DNA from: a virus
Length of the DNA: 64,000 nt
Virus record (IMG/VR): IMGVR_UViG_3300029404_000062
Direction: 5' to 3' (one strand)
Shown: positions 45,305 through 53,932 of the stretch, in pieces
Layout: every line of letters starts with the position of its first letter
Numbering within the stretch: position 1 is the first letter of the stretch
Notes under the pieces: model-generated
Told to the model about the DNA's origin: nothing
What the model saw: only the letters and a program-made list of their open reading frames with translations
The model's database searches: none
Program-made: the position numbers and the translations under genes

Positions 45305-46930
45305 TCAAAAAACGATCATGTCACGTTCGTCGTAGACGCTTCCCTGCTGCTGTCCTTCGTTTCGGATGCAGCGGTCCAGTGCCATGATCGCAGCGACGAT
45401 ACCATCGATTTTCTCCGGCGATTTTGCCTTTGTCGGCTTGATATTGCCTGCCGGGTCGGTATCCACGACCACATTCCCCGCCATCCATGCCATGACCGGA
45501 TTGCCGCCGTGGGTAATACGCCCTTCCATCAGGAGCTTGTAGAACTCCTTGGTGGGCGGGCTCATATCTTTGAAGCCCTGTCCGAAAGGTACGACTGTGA
45601 ATCCCATCCCCTCAAGATTCTGGGTCATCTGCACGGCTCCCCATCGGTCAAAGGCAATCTCTAAAATGTGATAGGTCTTACCCAGCTCCTCGATGACTTT
45701 CTCGATAAATCCGTAGTGAATGACATTGCCTTCTGTCGCCATCAGATACCCCTGCTGATACCAGACATCATACGGAACGGATGCCCTGCGCACACGCTGG
45801 GGGATCGTGTCCTCCGGTATCCAGAAGAAAGGAAGCATGATGTACTTTTCTTCTGGGATTCTCGGTGGGAACATCAGCACAAAAGCTGTGATGTCTCCGG
45901 TGCTGGACAAGTCCAGACCTCCATAACAGTCACGGCCTTTCAGGACTTCCATATCAATGGGCTGGTTGCCCAGATTGTAGATGTGTTCCGGGATAAACCG
46001 GGTCAGCGATGCAACCCACATATTCAGACGAAGCTGCTTGAACACATTCTCCTCTGCCGGGTTGTCCAGTGCTTCCTGGTACGCATCCCGGACACGCTGT
46101 ATCTGGATGGTCTGGCCCAATGAGGGGTTTGCCTTATACCAGTTGGCTTCATCGTGCCAGTCATCCTCATCGGTCAAACCGTAGACCACGGGGTAGAAAG
46201 TGTGGTCGATCTTATGTCCGGCCAACAGGTCAAGGGCTTTCATGTGGAGCTCGTAGCAGATGCTCTCCTTGTCCGTGCCGGCCGTGGTGATCAGGAAGAA
46301 CAGCGGCTGTTCACGGGCATCACCGGAACCTTTGGTAAGGACATCGTAGAGTTTTCGGTTTGGCTGGGCATGAACCTCATCCAGCACCAGACCTGACACG
46401 TTCAGACCGTGCTTCGTACCAACTTCGGCAGACAGAACCTGATAAAATCCTGCGTTCCCGTAGTTCACGATGCGCTTGGTGGCTGCCATGATCTTGCACC
46501 GTTTCAAAAGTGCCGGGGTCATCTGCACCATCTGGTGGGCAACATCAAAAACAATGGATGCCTGCTGGCGGTCAGCCGCCGCACCATAGACTTCGGCAGA
46601 TGGCTCATTATCGGCAAAAAGCAGATACAAGGCCACCGCAGCGGCAAGCTCAGATTTGCCGTTCTTCTTGCCGATTTCGACATAAGCCGTGCGAAACTGA
46701 CGGTTTCCCTTTTCATCCACGATGCCAAACACATCCCGGATGATCTGCTCCTGCCAAGGGAGAAGCCAGAACCGCTTGCCTGCCCACTTACCTTTGGTAT
46801 GACGCAGGTTTTCGATAAAAGTCACTGCCCGGTCTGCTTTTGCGGCATCGTAATGGCAGGTCGGAAGCATGAACCGGCTGGGTTTGTAGTCCTTTAGTTT
46901 CGGATAGTTTTTCGGTCTGCACTCTGCCAT
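45305..46930 (-). CDS. Terminase large subunit.
   Basis: 541 aa; ATPase region ...KRFWLLPWQEQIIRDVFG... and Walker-type LVLDEVHAQ; nuclease C-terminus. Confidence 0.85.
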   Translation of the reverse strand: MAECRPKNYPKLKDYKPSRFMLPTCHYDAAKADRAVTFIENLRHTKGKWAGKRFWLLPWQEQIIRDVFGIVDEKGNRQFRTAYVEIGKKNGKSELAAAVALYLLFADNEPSAEVYGAAADRQQASIVFDVAHQMVQMTPALLKRCKIMAATKRIVNYGNAGFYQVLSAEVGTKHGLNVSGLVLDEVHAQPNRKLYDVLTKGSGDAREQPLFFLITTAGTDKESICYELHMKALDLLAGHKIDHTFYPVVYGLTDEDDWHDEANWYKANPSLGQTIQIQRVRDAYQEALDNPAEENVFKQLRLNMWVASLTRFIPEHIYNLGNQPIDMEVLKGRDCYGGLDLSSTGDITAFVLMFPPRIPEEKYIMLPFFWIPEDTIPQRVRRASVPYDVWYQQGYLMATEGNVIHYGFIEKVIEELGKTYHILEIAFDRWGAVQMTQNLEGMGFTVVPFGQGFKDMSPPTKEFYKLLMEGRITHGGNPVMAWMAGNVVVDTDPAGNIKPTKAKSPEKIDGIVAAIMALDRCIRNEGQQQGSVYDERDMIVF

Positions 46931-47415
46931 CAGCTTCCACCTCCTCCCAGCAGATTCTCCATCTCATCAGCTGCATCCGCAGGACCGCCGTCCGAAGCAA
47001 TGATCCGGCTTCGGGAGGACGGGGTCAGACCGAACTGCTCTGCAAACTTGTTCATGATCTTCAGATAGGTCTGGGCGATGGACACCTGCGGCACCTGCTG
47101 CCAGTACCCGGACGGGGTCTTGACGATAGTGCCGTGCTGGGTGATGAACTCCTCTGCCTCCTTCCATCGGGCATACGCCTGACAGTAACCGGCAAAGGCC
47201 GCCATGTCCACTTCGGTCAGGATGCCGATGGCTTCCATCTGTTTGGCAAGTCTACGCCACTCTTTCTTTGCTTCCGGCTCCAGCCACTTCGGACAGGCCG
47301 GTGCTTTCTTATTGGGCTTCGGTTCGCTGGTGTTCAGCGGATGCTTGCCCGGATTACCTTCCAGTTCCTTCATGGCGGTCGGCTTTGGTTTTCTGCCTCT
47401 GGTAGCCATTGGCAT
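46930..47415 (-). CDS. Terminase small subunit (P27-family-like).
   Basis: Basic N-terminus MATRGRKPKPTAMKELEGNPGKH, typical of P27-family TerS; adjacent to TerL with overlapping stop/start. Confidence 0.7.
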   Translation of the reverse strand: MPMATRGRKPKPTAMKELEGNPGKHPLNTSEPKPNKKAPACPKWLEPEAKKEWRRLAKQMEAIGILTEVDMAAFAGYCQAYARWKEAEEFITQHGTIVKTPSGYWQQVPQVSIAQTYLKIMNKFAEQFGLTPSSRSRIIASDGGPADAADEMENLLGGGGS

Positions 47416-47600
47416 CTCCTCCTTTCTACAAAAATGGGTAAAGAAAAAGGACCTCCAAAGAAGTCCTTAAAATATCATTTTCCCAAACAGGAAACTTTTC
47501 TGCATAACTAACAAATAGTTTCCCATTTCGGCAACTTTATATAAAACACATCGGATACGAGGCACAGCCCCTTTTCAGGGCGTGTACCTTTTGGGTGCTG

Positions 47601-47978
47601 TTAGGCGTTGGGGTTGGCTTCCTTCCAAGCCTCGTATTCATCGACCAGCTCCGCTTCCTCGATGACCTGCCAGACGCTGCAGAAGCGGCTTCTCTGCTGC
47701 TCGATCTCCGCTTCCGTCCAGTCTTCCGGCTTGCGGCTCATGTCGTGGTAGGCATCCATCTCCGCTTTCGTCCGGAAGAAAAGGATCTGCTTCAGCTTCA
47801 GCGTTTCCTCGTTATTCCGCAGGCTGTACCGCTTGTCTTCTGCCGCCCTGCAAAGGCTTCCGAGATCGTTGCAGCTGAGGGTCATGTCCTGCTTGAAGGC
47901 GATCTCAATGCCGATCAGCTTCTTCTCGGTGTCAGCTTCCTGAATGTTCTTAAGGTAGGTTTTTGCTTTGTTCGTCAT
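47601..47978 (-). CDS. Hypothetical phage protein.
   Basis: Start MTNKAKTYLKN preceded by promoter cassette copy 1. Confidence 0.4.
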   Translation of the reverse strand: MTNKAKTYLKNIQEADTEKKLIGIEIAFKQDMTLSCNDLGSLCRAAEDKRYSLRNNEETLKLKQILFFRTKAEMDAYHDMSRKPEDWTEAEIEQQRSRFCSVWQVIEEAELVDEYEAWKEANPNA

Positions 47979-48004
47979 GGTCTGTATCCTCCGTGTGTTT
48001 TGTT

Positions 48005-48090
48005 TTCCGTAGGGCTTTTCCCTTCGTTGTGACTGTATATTACCGTCACTGCCCGGACATAGCAAGCGGCTATGCTGCACGATCATACAC
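48005..48090 (-). repeat. Promoter/leader cassette copy 1 (conserved ~80 bp: upstream box GATCGTGCAGTATAGCCGCTTGCTAT, -35 TTGCTA, 17-nt spacer, -10 TAATAT/TATAT, leader ...ACCGAAAGGG..., RBS).
   Basis: Aligns with copies at 48488, 49150, 49772, 50438, 50762, 54898, 56328. Confidence 0.6.
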
Positions 48091-48177
48091 ACCCCTTTTT
48101 GTCGGATTTATGTGTATTTACACGCCGGAGAAATCCGCCACTACGAGCAAAAGCCCCCGAAGGAGCTCTGCCTTTTT

Positions 48178-48462
48178 TCAGTGTGCGTTCCTGATGCACC
48201 ACTCGATCGCGTGACCGGCATCCGTGTAGGTCTCATCGGAAATCTTCAGAAGCTCCAATCGGCACTCAATCGGTGACCAGCCTTCCTCCGGGTCTTCCAC
48301 AAAGCCGTATACCGCTCCCTCCAGCATGCCGTTCCAGTTCATCTGGGCAACCAGAACCCTGTCACCGAACTGCATGATGCTGTCGTAGCAAGGTCTGAGT
48401 CGGTCGTAGAAGCTCTCGATGCTGATGTTGTTTTCTGGGAAATTAATCAAATGCTTTTTCAT
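48178..48462 (-). CDS. Hypothetical small protein (94 aa).
   Basis: ORF behind cassette copy 2. Confidence 0.4.
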   Translation of the reverse strand: MKKHLINFPENNISIESFYDRLRPCYDSIMQFGDRVLVAQMNWNGMLEGAVYGFVEDPEEGWSPIECRLELLKISDETYTDAGHAIEWCIRNAH

Positions 48463-48487
48463 GGTAAAATCCTCCGTGTTTTCGTTT

Positions 48488-48572
48488 TTCCCTTGGGGCT
48501 TTCCCCTTTCGGTATGTGCATATTACCGTCAGGTGCAAAGGATAGCAAGCGGCTATACTGCACGATCATCTT
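48488..48572 (-). repeat. Promoter/leader cassette copy 2.
   Basis: CCTTGGGGCTTTCCCCTTTCGGTATGTGCATATTACCGTCAGGTGCAAAGGATAGCAAGCGGCTATACTGCACGATCAT. Confidence 0.6.
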
Positions 48573-48597
48573 CCCAGAATACCGGGCAGAATGTACA

Positions 48598-48813
48598 TTA
48601 CTCTGCATTTTCGGCATCCTGCTCCATGAGGTCTACGATGGTATCGTAGAAGAATTGCGGGTCGTAGGCCAGCGGCTCCCGGCCGGCTTCCTTATCCATC
48701 CTGATCTGGTCTGCTACCATGTCCTCGGCATCCTCCAGCGTGAAGGCATCCTTATCGCTGTCATCCATGTGATTGTAGATTTCCACGATGACATCCATCA
48801 TCCGTTCTTCCAT
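48598..48813 (-). CDS. Hypothetical acidic small protein.
   Basis: ORF 48598-48879; internal start MEERMM chosen. Confidence 0.35.
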   Translation of the reverse strand: MEERMMDVIVEIYNHMDDSDKDAFTLEDAEDMVADQIRMDKEAGREPLAYDPQFFYDTIVDLMEQDAENAE

Positions 48814-48941
48814 GTGCTTTTCCTTTCTGGGGCATCCACGCCGCCACATCTTCCCCTGTGTGGGGCGTTGTCGCTTCATTCGGATCGTTTTGCCACCCGT
48901 GGCACAAGCCCCTGTGTGGGGCTGTGTCGGGGGCTGTCGGT

Positions 48942-49133
48942 TTATCTGTTCATCCGTCCCAGCAGGTAGGCTTCCTCCATTGCTTTCTGGATGCCCCAGA
49001 CCGGAACCTCAATGAAGTCCTCGCTGTCATTGTCGCGGGCTTCGAGGTCGCCCCGGCTGTCTACCGCTGCCATCAGGCGCTTGGCGATTTCCAGCAGGGC
49101 TTTTTCTTCTTCCTTGGTAATGTTCTTCTTCAT
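48942..49133 (-). CDS. Hypothetical small protein (63 aa).
   Basis: Behind cassette copy 3. Confidence 0.35.
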   Translation of the reverse strand: MKKNITKEEEKALLEIAKRLMAAVDSRGDLEARDNDSEDFIEVPVWGIQKAMEEAYLLGRMNR

Positions 49134-49149
49134 GGTGGTTTCCTCCGTT

Positions 49150-49232
49150 TTTCTTGGTTTTCCGTTTCGGTATGTGCATATTACCGTCTATGTCACACAC
49201 TATCAAGCGGCTATACTACACAAAGATAGCCG
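49150..49232 (-). repeat. Promoter/leader cassette copy 3.
   Basis: TTTCGGTATGTGCATATTACCGTCTATGTCACACACTATCAAGCGGCTATACTACAC. Confidence 0.55.
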
Positions 49233-49297
49233 CCCGGAACTGTGCGTATTACAGCAGAAGAAAAGGGCTGCCGGCAAGCCCCATGTGTTTCTCTGGC

Positions 49298-49747
49298 TTA
49301 GTAGTCTTCTTCGTCCTCGTAATCTTCCTCTTCGTCCCAGTCATCTTCCTCTTCATCCCAGCTGTCATCCTGGTCTTCTTCCTCATCCTTGAAGTCCCAC
49401 ATATCTTCGGTCGGCTGGTTTCTAAGGTCTGGGTTCTGCTCAACATAGTCGGCAACCGCTCCGCAAAGGATGTCCAGAACCTTTTCGTAGGCTTCCTCAC
49501 TGTAGACTGCCCAGGCATCTGCAGTCAGCTTTGCGATTTTGTCGTTGCCCTTGGCTCCAAGGAACCGCCCTGCAGGGTTGCAGGTTTCCTTGCCGTAGCC
49601 GATGCCCAGCTGGTCGCCGTCGTTGTAAAAGCGGTATCCGATGCGGCTCATTGCCCTTACCAGCTCCCCTGCGAGGCTGTCTGCCTTGCCCGTATCCGGT
49701 ACCAGTTCCTTGAAAAGTTTATTGATGCGGTCTTCATTCTTCGTCAT
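49298..49747 (-). CDS. Hypothetical protein with extremely acidic C-terminal tail (DWDEEEDYEDEEDY). Candidate DNA-mimic/anti-restriction-like.
   Basis: Start MTKNEDRINK behind cassette copy 4. Last ~45 residues are >60% Asp/Glu. Confidence 0.4.
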   Translation of the reverse strand: MTKNEDRINKLFKELVPDTGKADSLAGELVRAMSRIGYRFYNDGDQLGIGYGKETCNPAGRFLGAKGNDKIAKLTADAWAVYSEEAYEKVLDILCGAVADYVEQNPDLRNQPTEDMWDFKDEEEDQDDSWDEEEDDWDEEEDYEDEEDY

Positions 49748-49771
49748 TGTCGTATCCTCCGTTTTTGTTGT

Positions 49772-49848
49772 TTTCCCCTTTCGGTGACTGTATATTACCG
49801 TCACCTCGAAACACTATCAAGCGGCTAAACTACACGATCATTCAATCC
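49772..49848 (-). repeat. Promoter/leader cassette copy 4.
   Basis: CCCTTTCGGTGACTGTATATTACCGTCACCTCGAAACACTATCAAGCGGCTAAACTACACGATCAT. Confidence 0.55.
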
Positions 49849-49949
49849 TGTAATTGTCATATTTATGTGCTTTTCATGCCAGCTTTCGGAAGACAGACAC
49901 GAGCAAAAGGCTGGTCATTTCCAGCCCCTTGCGCCTGTCGGTCTTGCCT

Positions 49950-50210
49950 TTAGCGGATGATTTCGAGGTAGCTTACGTTGCCCCAGCAGTCCGTTCCCTT
50001 GAAGCGGATGCGCTTGTCGTTCTCCCTGTCGAGGGTGAATTTCCGAAGGAGCTTCATCTTCTGGATGCGGTTCAGAAGGTCCTTGCCGTTCTTCGCATCC
50101 TCAACGGCATCCCTGATCTCGACCACCGCACTGTCGCTTCCGTACCAGAGGTTGCTGAGTGCCTCTGGAATTCCGTTTGCAAGATAAAGGTTGATTTTTG
50201 TGTAGGTCAT
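49950..50210 (-). CDS. Hypothetical small protein (86 aa).
   Basis: Co-transcribed with 50226-50432. Confidence 0.35.
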   Translation of the reverse strand: MTYTKINLYLANGIPEALSNLWYGSDSAVVEIRDAVEDAKNGKDLLNRIQKMKLLRKFTLDRENDKRIRFKGTDCWGNVSYLEIIR

Positions 50211-50225
50211 GTTTTTGTTCTCCTC

Positions 50226-50432
50226 TCAAAATGTCATCGTTTCCAGAATCTCATCCATGCCTGCCTCCCAGTCATGGCGGCTAAATTCAATTTTGCTGTA
50301 CATCTCTGCGCTGTCCGGCTCATCGAAAAGCCGGAAGCATTCTCTTGCCAGCTCCTCGCTGGTATGCTGCTGGATTTCATCCGGCTGTCCATCCAGCCGT
50401 GTAAAGGTGATCTCGTAAGTGTAGCGTTCCAT
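50226..50432 (-). CDS. Hypothetical small protein (68 aa).
   Basis: Behind cassette copy 5. Confidence 0.35.
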   Translation of the reverse strand: MERYTYEITFTRLDGQPDEIQQHTSEELARECFRLFDEPDSAEMYSKIEFSRHDWEAGMDEILETMTF

Positions 50433-50437
50433 GTTCT

Positions 50438-50518
50438 TTGCCCCTTTCGTTTTGGTAGCTGTATATTACCGTCACTGCCGGATACTATCAAGCGGCTAAA
50501 GTACACGATCATCTGCCC
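50438..50518 (-). repeat. Promoter/leader cassette copy 5.
   Basis: TTTTGGTAGCTGTATATTACCGTCACTGCCGGATACTATCAAGCGGCTAAAGTACACGATCAT. Confidence 0.55.
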
Positions 50519-50571
50519 CCTGATCTGGAGGATTTATGTGTTTATCCGGGGAGGTTTCCCTCCCCGTTTTC

Positions 50572-50748
50572 TTAGCTGAACATCTCTGCCGTGTCATCGT
50601 CGATCCAAAGGTGCATGCCGTCTGCTTCCATAATCGCATGGTCTTCATGAACCTCGGTGATGATTCCTTCCCGGCTTCCTCTTCCATCAAATTCGTTCCA
50701 GTGCCATGTTGTCTTTCTTCCCTTTTTCCATGTTCTCCAATCAGCCAT
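50572..50748 (-). CDS. Hypothetical small protein (58 aa).
   Basis: Start MADWRTWKKG with RBS GGAGG, behind cassette copy 6. Confidence 0.35.
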   Translation of the reverse strand: MADWRTWKKGRKTTWHWNEFDGRGSREGIITEVHEDHAIMEADGMHLWIDDDTAEMFS

Positions 50749-50761
50749 TCTCCTGTCCTCC

Positions 50762-50842
50762 TTTGCTTTTTGTAGCTGTATATTACCGTCACCGCCCTGT
50801 GATAGCAAGGCCATAAAACGTCATATTATCAACGATCTTTGC
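50762..50842 (-). repeat. Promoter/leader cassette copy 6 (more diverged).
   Basis: TTTTTGTAGCTGTATATTACCGTCACCGCCCTGTGATAGCAAGGCCATAAAACGTCAT. Confidence 0.45.
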
Positions 50843-50958
50843 CCCTCATGTTTGGTACATATATGACCCCTGATTGACTTGCTATATATGTGTTTCTGCG
50901 GCATTATACACACAACGAAAGCAAAGAAAAACCAAACCAAAAACGGAGGACAAAAACC

Positions 50959-51210
50959 ATGAAAAAGACCATTACAGAAGTTGAAACCGCAATCGAAAAC
51001 CGCATCGCAGAGCTTGAAGAAGAATACGAGCTGGACATTTACGACCGCAACGACATCCGGGAAGAAGAATACCAGAAAGCCGGATGGCGGCACGACCCTT
51101 TCCCAGAGGAGCTTGAGGAAGAGGACGAAGAAGAGGAAGAAGATTGGCACTACCACAGCATGGAAGAACGACTGAACGAGGTCGGCATGAGCATGAGGGA
51201 TTTCTTCTAA
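50959..51210 (+). CDS. Small acidic protein (83 aa). Only plus-strand gene in this arm.
   Basis: Start MKKTITEVE after RBS AACGGAGGA. EEEDEEEEEDW acidic stretch; own promoter TTGACT...; followed by a hairpin terminator. Confidence 0.45.
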   Translation: MKKTITEVETAIENRIAELEEEYELDIYDRNDIREEEYQKAGWRHDPFPEELEEEDEEEEEDWHYHSMEERLNEVGMSMRDFF

Positions 51211-51214
51211 GGAA

Positions 51215-51262
51215 TCCCAAAAGGCTCCCCCAGCAGAAGCTGGGGCTCTGCCTCGTATCCCC
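51215..51262. terminator. Bidirectional terminator hairpin between convergent genes.
   Basis: CCCCCAGC-AGAA-GCTGGGGG stem-loop with flanking T/G-rich runs. Confidence 0.45.
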
Positions 51263-51409
51263 CGTTTTGGTTTGGTATGATACACAAAACCGCTGCCAGA
51301 TATTTGTGTACATTATGGCGGCGGTTCTTCTTGCTATCGTTGCTTTATAGAGGTAACATACAGTAAACTGGAAGGGGGTTCTCATTCTTTTGAGGCCCCC
51401 ATTTTCCGT

Positions 51410-51601
51410 CTAATCGGCTTCGCCCTGCATTGCCTGATGCATCACCCTGCGGTTATGCGCCCTGGCTTTCTTTTTCAGGTCTCTTTTCCATCTGCGGATG
51501 GTCACCGCCTTGCAGTGGTTTCTCGACCATTCGTATTCATCCAGAATGTATCTGCCGCCGTGTTCCCTCTCGCCATAAGCCGGCATCTTTCTGTGTCCCA
51601 T
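51410..51601 (-). CDS. Hypothetical small basic protein (63 aa).
   Basis: ORF only. Confidence 0.3.
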   Translation of the reverse strand: MGHRKMPAYGEREHGGRYILDEYEWSRNHCKAVTIRRWKRDLKKKARAHNRRVMHQAMQGEAD

Positions 51602-51672
51602 AGGCCCCTCCTGTTAAACCAAGCCCTCCCGGTCTTTTCTGGCCGAGAGGGTATTTTTCTGATTGTGGTATC

Positions 51673-52044
51673 TTATTCCGGCTTCGTTCCGTCATCCATC
51701 TGGATGACTGCCATCTGCCCGAACATGCTGACGAATGCCTCCGGCACCCAGAAACGTTCCCTGAATTTCCTGAGCAGGTCCTGGGGCAGCTCTGCGAAAT
51801 CTTCCTCGCCCAATCCGCAGATGAAGAAGTTTCCCTTGATGGGCTGCTCCAGTTCCGGGATGTATCTGCTGAACAACTTCTCGGTGAACAGACCGTTGTC
51901 ATCGGTGACCAGGGCGGCGCGTTCTTCCCACGGGTAGGTGGCTGTGATGCAGTCGCAGTTGAGGATGCGGTAGAACTCTTGCAGGGAGTTTTCAATATCC
52001 ACCACCTGCGGATGCTCCATCGGTTTGATCAGAAGAACTTTCAT
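51673..52044 (-). CDS. DUF3846-like hypothetical protein.
   Basis: MKVLLIKPMEHPQVVDIENSLQEFYRILNCD resembles the DUF3846 family common in phage/ICE accessory regions. Start overlaps the upstream stop (ATGA). Confidence 0.35.
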   Translation of the reverse strand: MKVLLIKPMEHPQVVDIENSLQEFYRILNCDCITATYPWEERAALVTDDNGLFTEKLFSRYIPELEQPIKGNFFICGLGEEDFAELPQDLLRKFRERFWVPEAFVSMFGQMAVIQMDDGTKPE

Positions 52045-52508
52045 TCGACCCAGCCCCCTTTCACGATTGCCCAGTCTGCAAGCTGCATCTTCTGCTGTCC
52101 GCCCCATGCAATATCCTCTAACGCTTCCTCCGTTCCGCAGCGGTTGCAGATCTGAATGTCCGCCCTTCGACTGAGTGCCTGCTGCTGATGGGCGTAGCAG
52201 TCAGGATTTGCTCCGCACCTGGGGCAACGTGGTCCGGTCTGTCGCGTTTTTCCAAGCCGGTCGAGCGACACCTTGACCTCGGCATCCGTTGCCACACGGT
52301 GGCAACTGTCCGCGCCGTAGGAAATGTTCAGATGGCTTCCGGTGTCCCAGCTCACTAAGATGTTTCCGGCATCATCAACCCCGTTGCAGGTTCCCTGCGT
52401 TCCGATGGGCGGTGCCTGCCTGTCATCCATCTCATCGAGGATGATCCGGCATCCGACCGGGAACTCTTTTCTCAACTTCTTGACCATTTTCTGATCTGCG
52501 AAATTCAT
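52041..52508 (-). CDS. DUF4314-like protein with C-terminal zinc-ribbon.
   Basis: VGCRIILDEMDDRQAPPIGTQGTCNGVDDAGNILVSWDTGSHLNISYGADSCHRV (DUF4314-like) plus CPRCG...CNRCG. Confidence 0.45.
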   Translation of the reverse strand: MNFADQKMVKKLRKEFPVGCRIILDEMDDRQAPPIGTQGTCNGVDDAGNILVSWDTGSHLNISYGADSCHRVATDAEVKVSLDRLGKTRQTGPRCPRCGANPDCYAHQQQALSRRADIQICNRCGTEEALEDIAWGGQQKMQLADWAIVKGGWVE

Positions 52509-52984
52509 GACTGCACCTCCCCGATCATCTTCTGGGCGGCATCCTTATCCATGCATTCCTTCAGCGCACCTTCGAGGATGTGCATCGGGAAGTGGAATGC
52601 CTTGTAGCCGTCATGCAGAACTTTGTAGTAATACCGGCTCGGTGCGCGGTGCCCGAAGTCGTTTTCCATGATGTAGACCATTGCGGTCACCATCTCCGGC
52701 TCTGCCCCTTCCCGGAGCAGTTCAATGTTCAGATCTTCCTTGCGGTAGTAGTTCGGGTAGCCCTCATAGAGGTCGAGGTTTCCTTCGTCCCTTTCCGAGA
52801 TCTCCCACACCAGAACCGGCGTGTTCTTCTTCGGGTTCGGTGCGATGGTGGCGCAGCCGCGGAACAAAAGCTCCCAGCCGGCCAGCACCGCCTGCCCTGC
52901 AATTTTTGCATCCGGGCATCGGTCTGCCATCTGCTCCACCGACAGGTTGCTGCCGTAGGCGATGTAATATTTCTTGTTCTTCAT
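52505..52984 (-). CDS. Gamma-glutamyl cyclotransferase-like (GGCT/AIG2-fold) protein 1.
   Basis: YYIAYGSNLSVEQMADRCPDAKIAG... matches the GGCT signature YxAYGSNL. Start MKNKKYY. Confidence 0.65.
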   Translation of the reverse strand: MKNKKYYIAYGSNLSVEQMADRCPDAKIAGQAVLAGWELLFRGCATIAPNPKKNTPVLVWEISERDEGNLDLYEGYPNYYRKEDLNIELLREGAEPEMVTAMVYIMENDFGHRAPSRYYYKVLHDGYKAFHFPMHILEGALKECMDKDAAQKMIGEVQS

Positions 52985-53114
52985 TTGAATCTCTCCCTTC
53001 GGTTTTCTCCGCTCTTGTCTGGCGGTATGGTATATATCACTCTTTTGCCCTGATTTATCAAGGCCGATGAGCATCATATACTGCACAGTGTTTTTTTCCT
53101 GTGATCGTGTACTC

Positions 53115-53636
53115 TTACATCATCTGCCGCTTCTTCAGATACCGGATGGCTTCCGCCCTTCCGATGCTGGCTGCCAGTCCACGCTTCAGTGTGTCCAGCG
53201 GAAATTCCCAGTCGCTGTATCCGCCACGCAGCAGTTCAAAATACTCGGCATCCGGGCAGCCAAGCCTCCGATCCTCGTGCATCACATAAGCGATGCATGG
53301 CTTTGCCTTTTTCATGCGGTTCCCGTTCAGGTTCCAGACCGGAAGCTGGAACTGCTTCTTATAATAGTATCTTGGGCAGCCTTCGTATCGGTCTAGCAGG
53401 AGCTCATCGTATTCCGAGAGCTTCCAGACCACCGCCGGTACGCTTTCATTGGCATCCTGCTCGATGGTGGCATAGCAGCCGGTCTTACTCTTTTTGAACA
53501 GGAGCCGGTAGCCCATGATCTCGGTCGTGCCGACCACCACAGCGTAAGGGCATCTCTTTCCCATCCGTTCCATGTCGAGGTTGCTTCCGTAGGCAAGGTA
53601 ATATCTGGATGGGTTTCGGCTGATCAGTTCAAACAT
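53115..53636 (-). CDS. Gamma-glutamyl cyclotransferase-like (GGCT/AIG2-fold) protein 2, paralog of the preceding gene.
   Basis: RYYLAYGSNLDMERMGKRCPYAVVVG...; start MFELISRN. Confidence 0.65.
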   Translation of the reverse strand: MFELISRNPSRYYLAYGSNLDMERMGKRCPYAVVVGTTEIMGYRLLFKKSKTGCYATIEQDANESVPAVVWKLSEYDELLLDRYEGCPRYYYKKQFQLPVWNLNGNRMKKAKPCIAYVMHEDRRLGCPDAEYFELLRGGYSDWEFPLDTLKRGLAASIGRAEAIRYLKKRQMM

Positions 53637-53865
53637 CTGCCTCACCGTCCTCCCTGCCAGTGAACTCCACGCCCTGGAAATCCTCTTTCCCAAGCTCGAT
53701 CTGGCTGTCCCGCCACCAGTCCTCTGCCACACGCTGGGCTTCCTCCACGGTCGGCTCTTTCATCTCGGATTCATAAATGGTCACCGTCCTCTGGTAGGTC
53801 TCGGTGATGATCACCTTAAAGGCTCTGCCGCCCGGTGTGTTTTCATTTTTTAACGTGCTTTTCAT
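53629..53865 (-). CDS. DpnD/PcfM-like small protein.
   Basis: 78 aa; FKVIITETYQRTVTIYESEMKEPTVEEAQRVAEDWW pattern typical of the DpnD/PcfM family seen in conjugative/phage accessory regions. Confidence 0.4.
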   Translation of the reverse strand: MKSTLKNENTPGGRAFKVIITETYQRTVTIYESEMKEPTVEEAQRVAEDWWRDSQIELGKEDFQGVEFTGREDGEADV

Positions 53866-53932
53866 AAACCTGCACCTCCTTCTACCACCTCAAGGGCGGT
53901 TGCCCGCCCAAAAGGTGCCCGTGCATCCCGGC

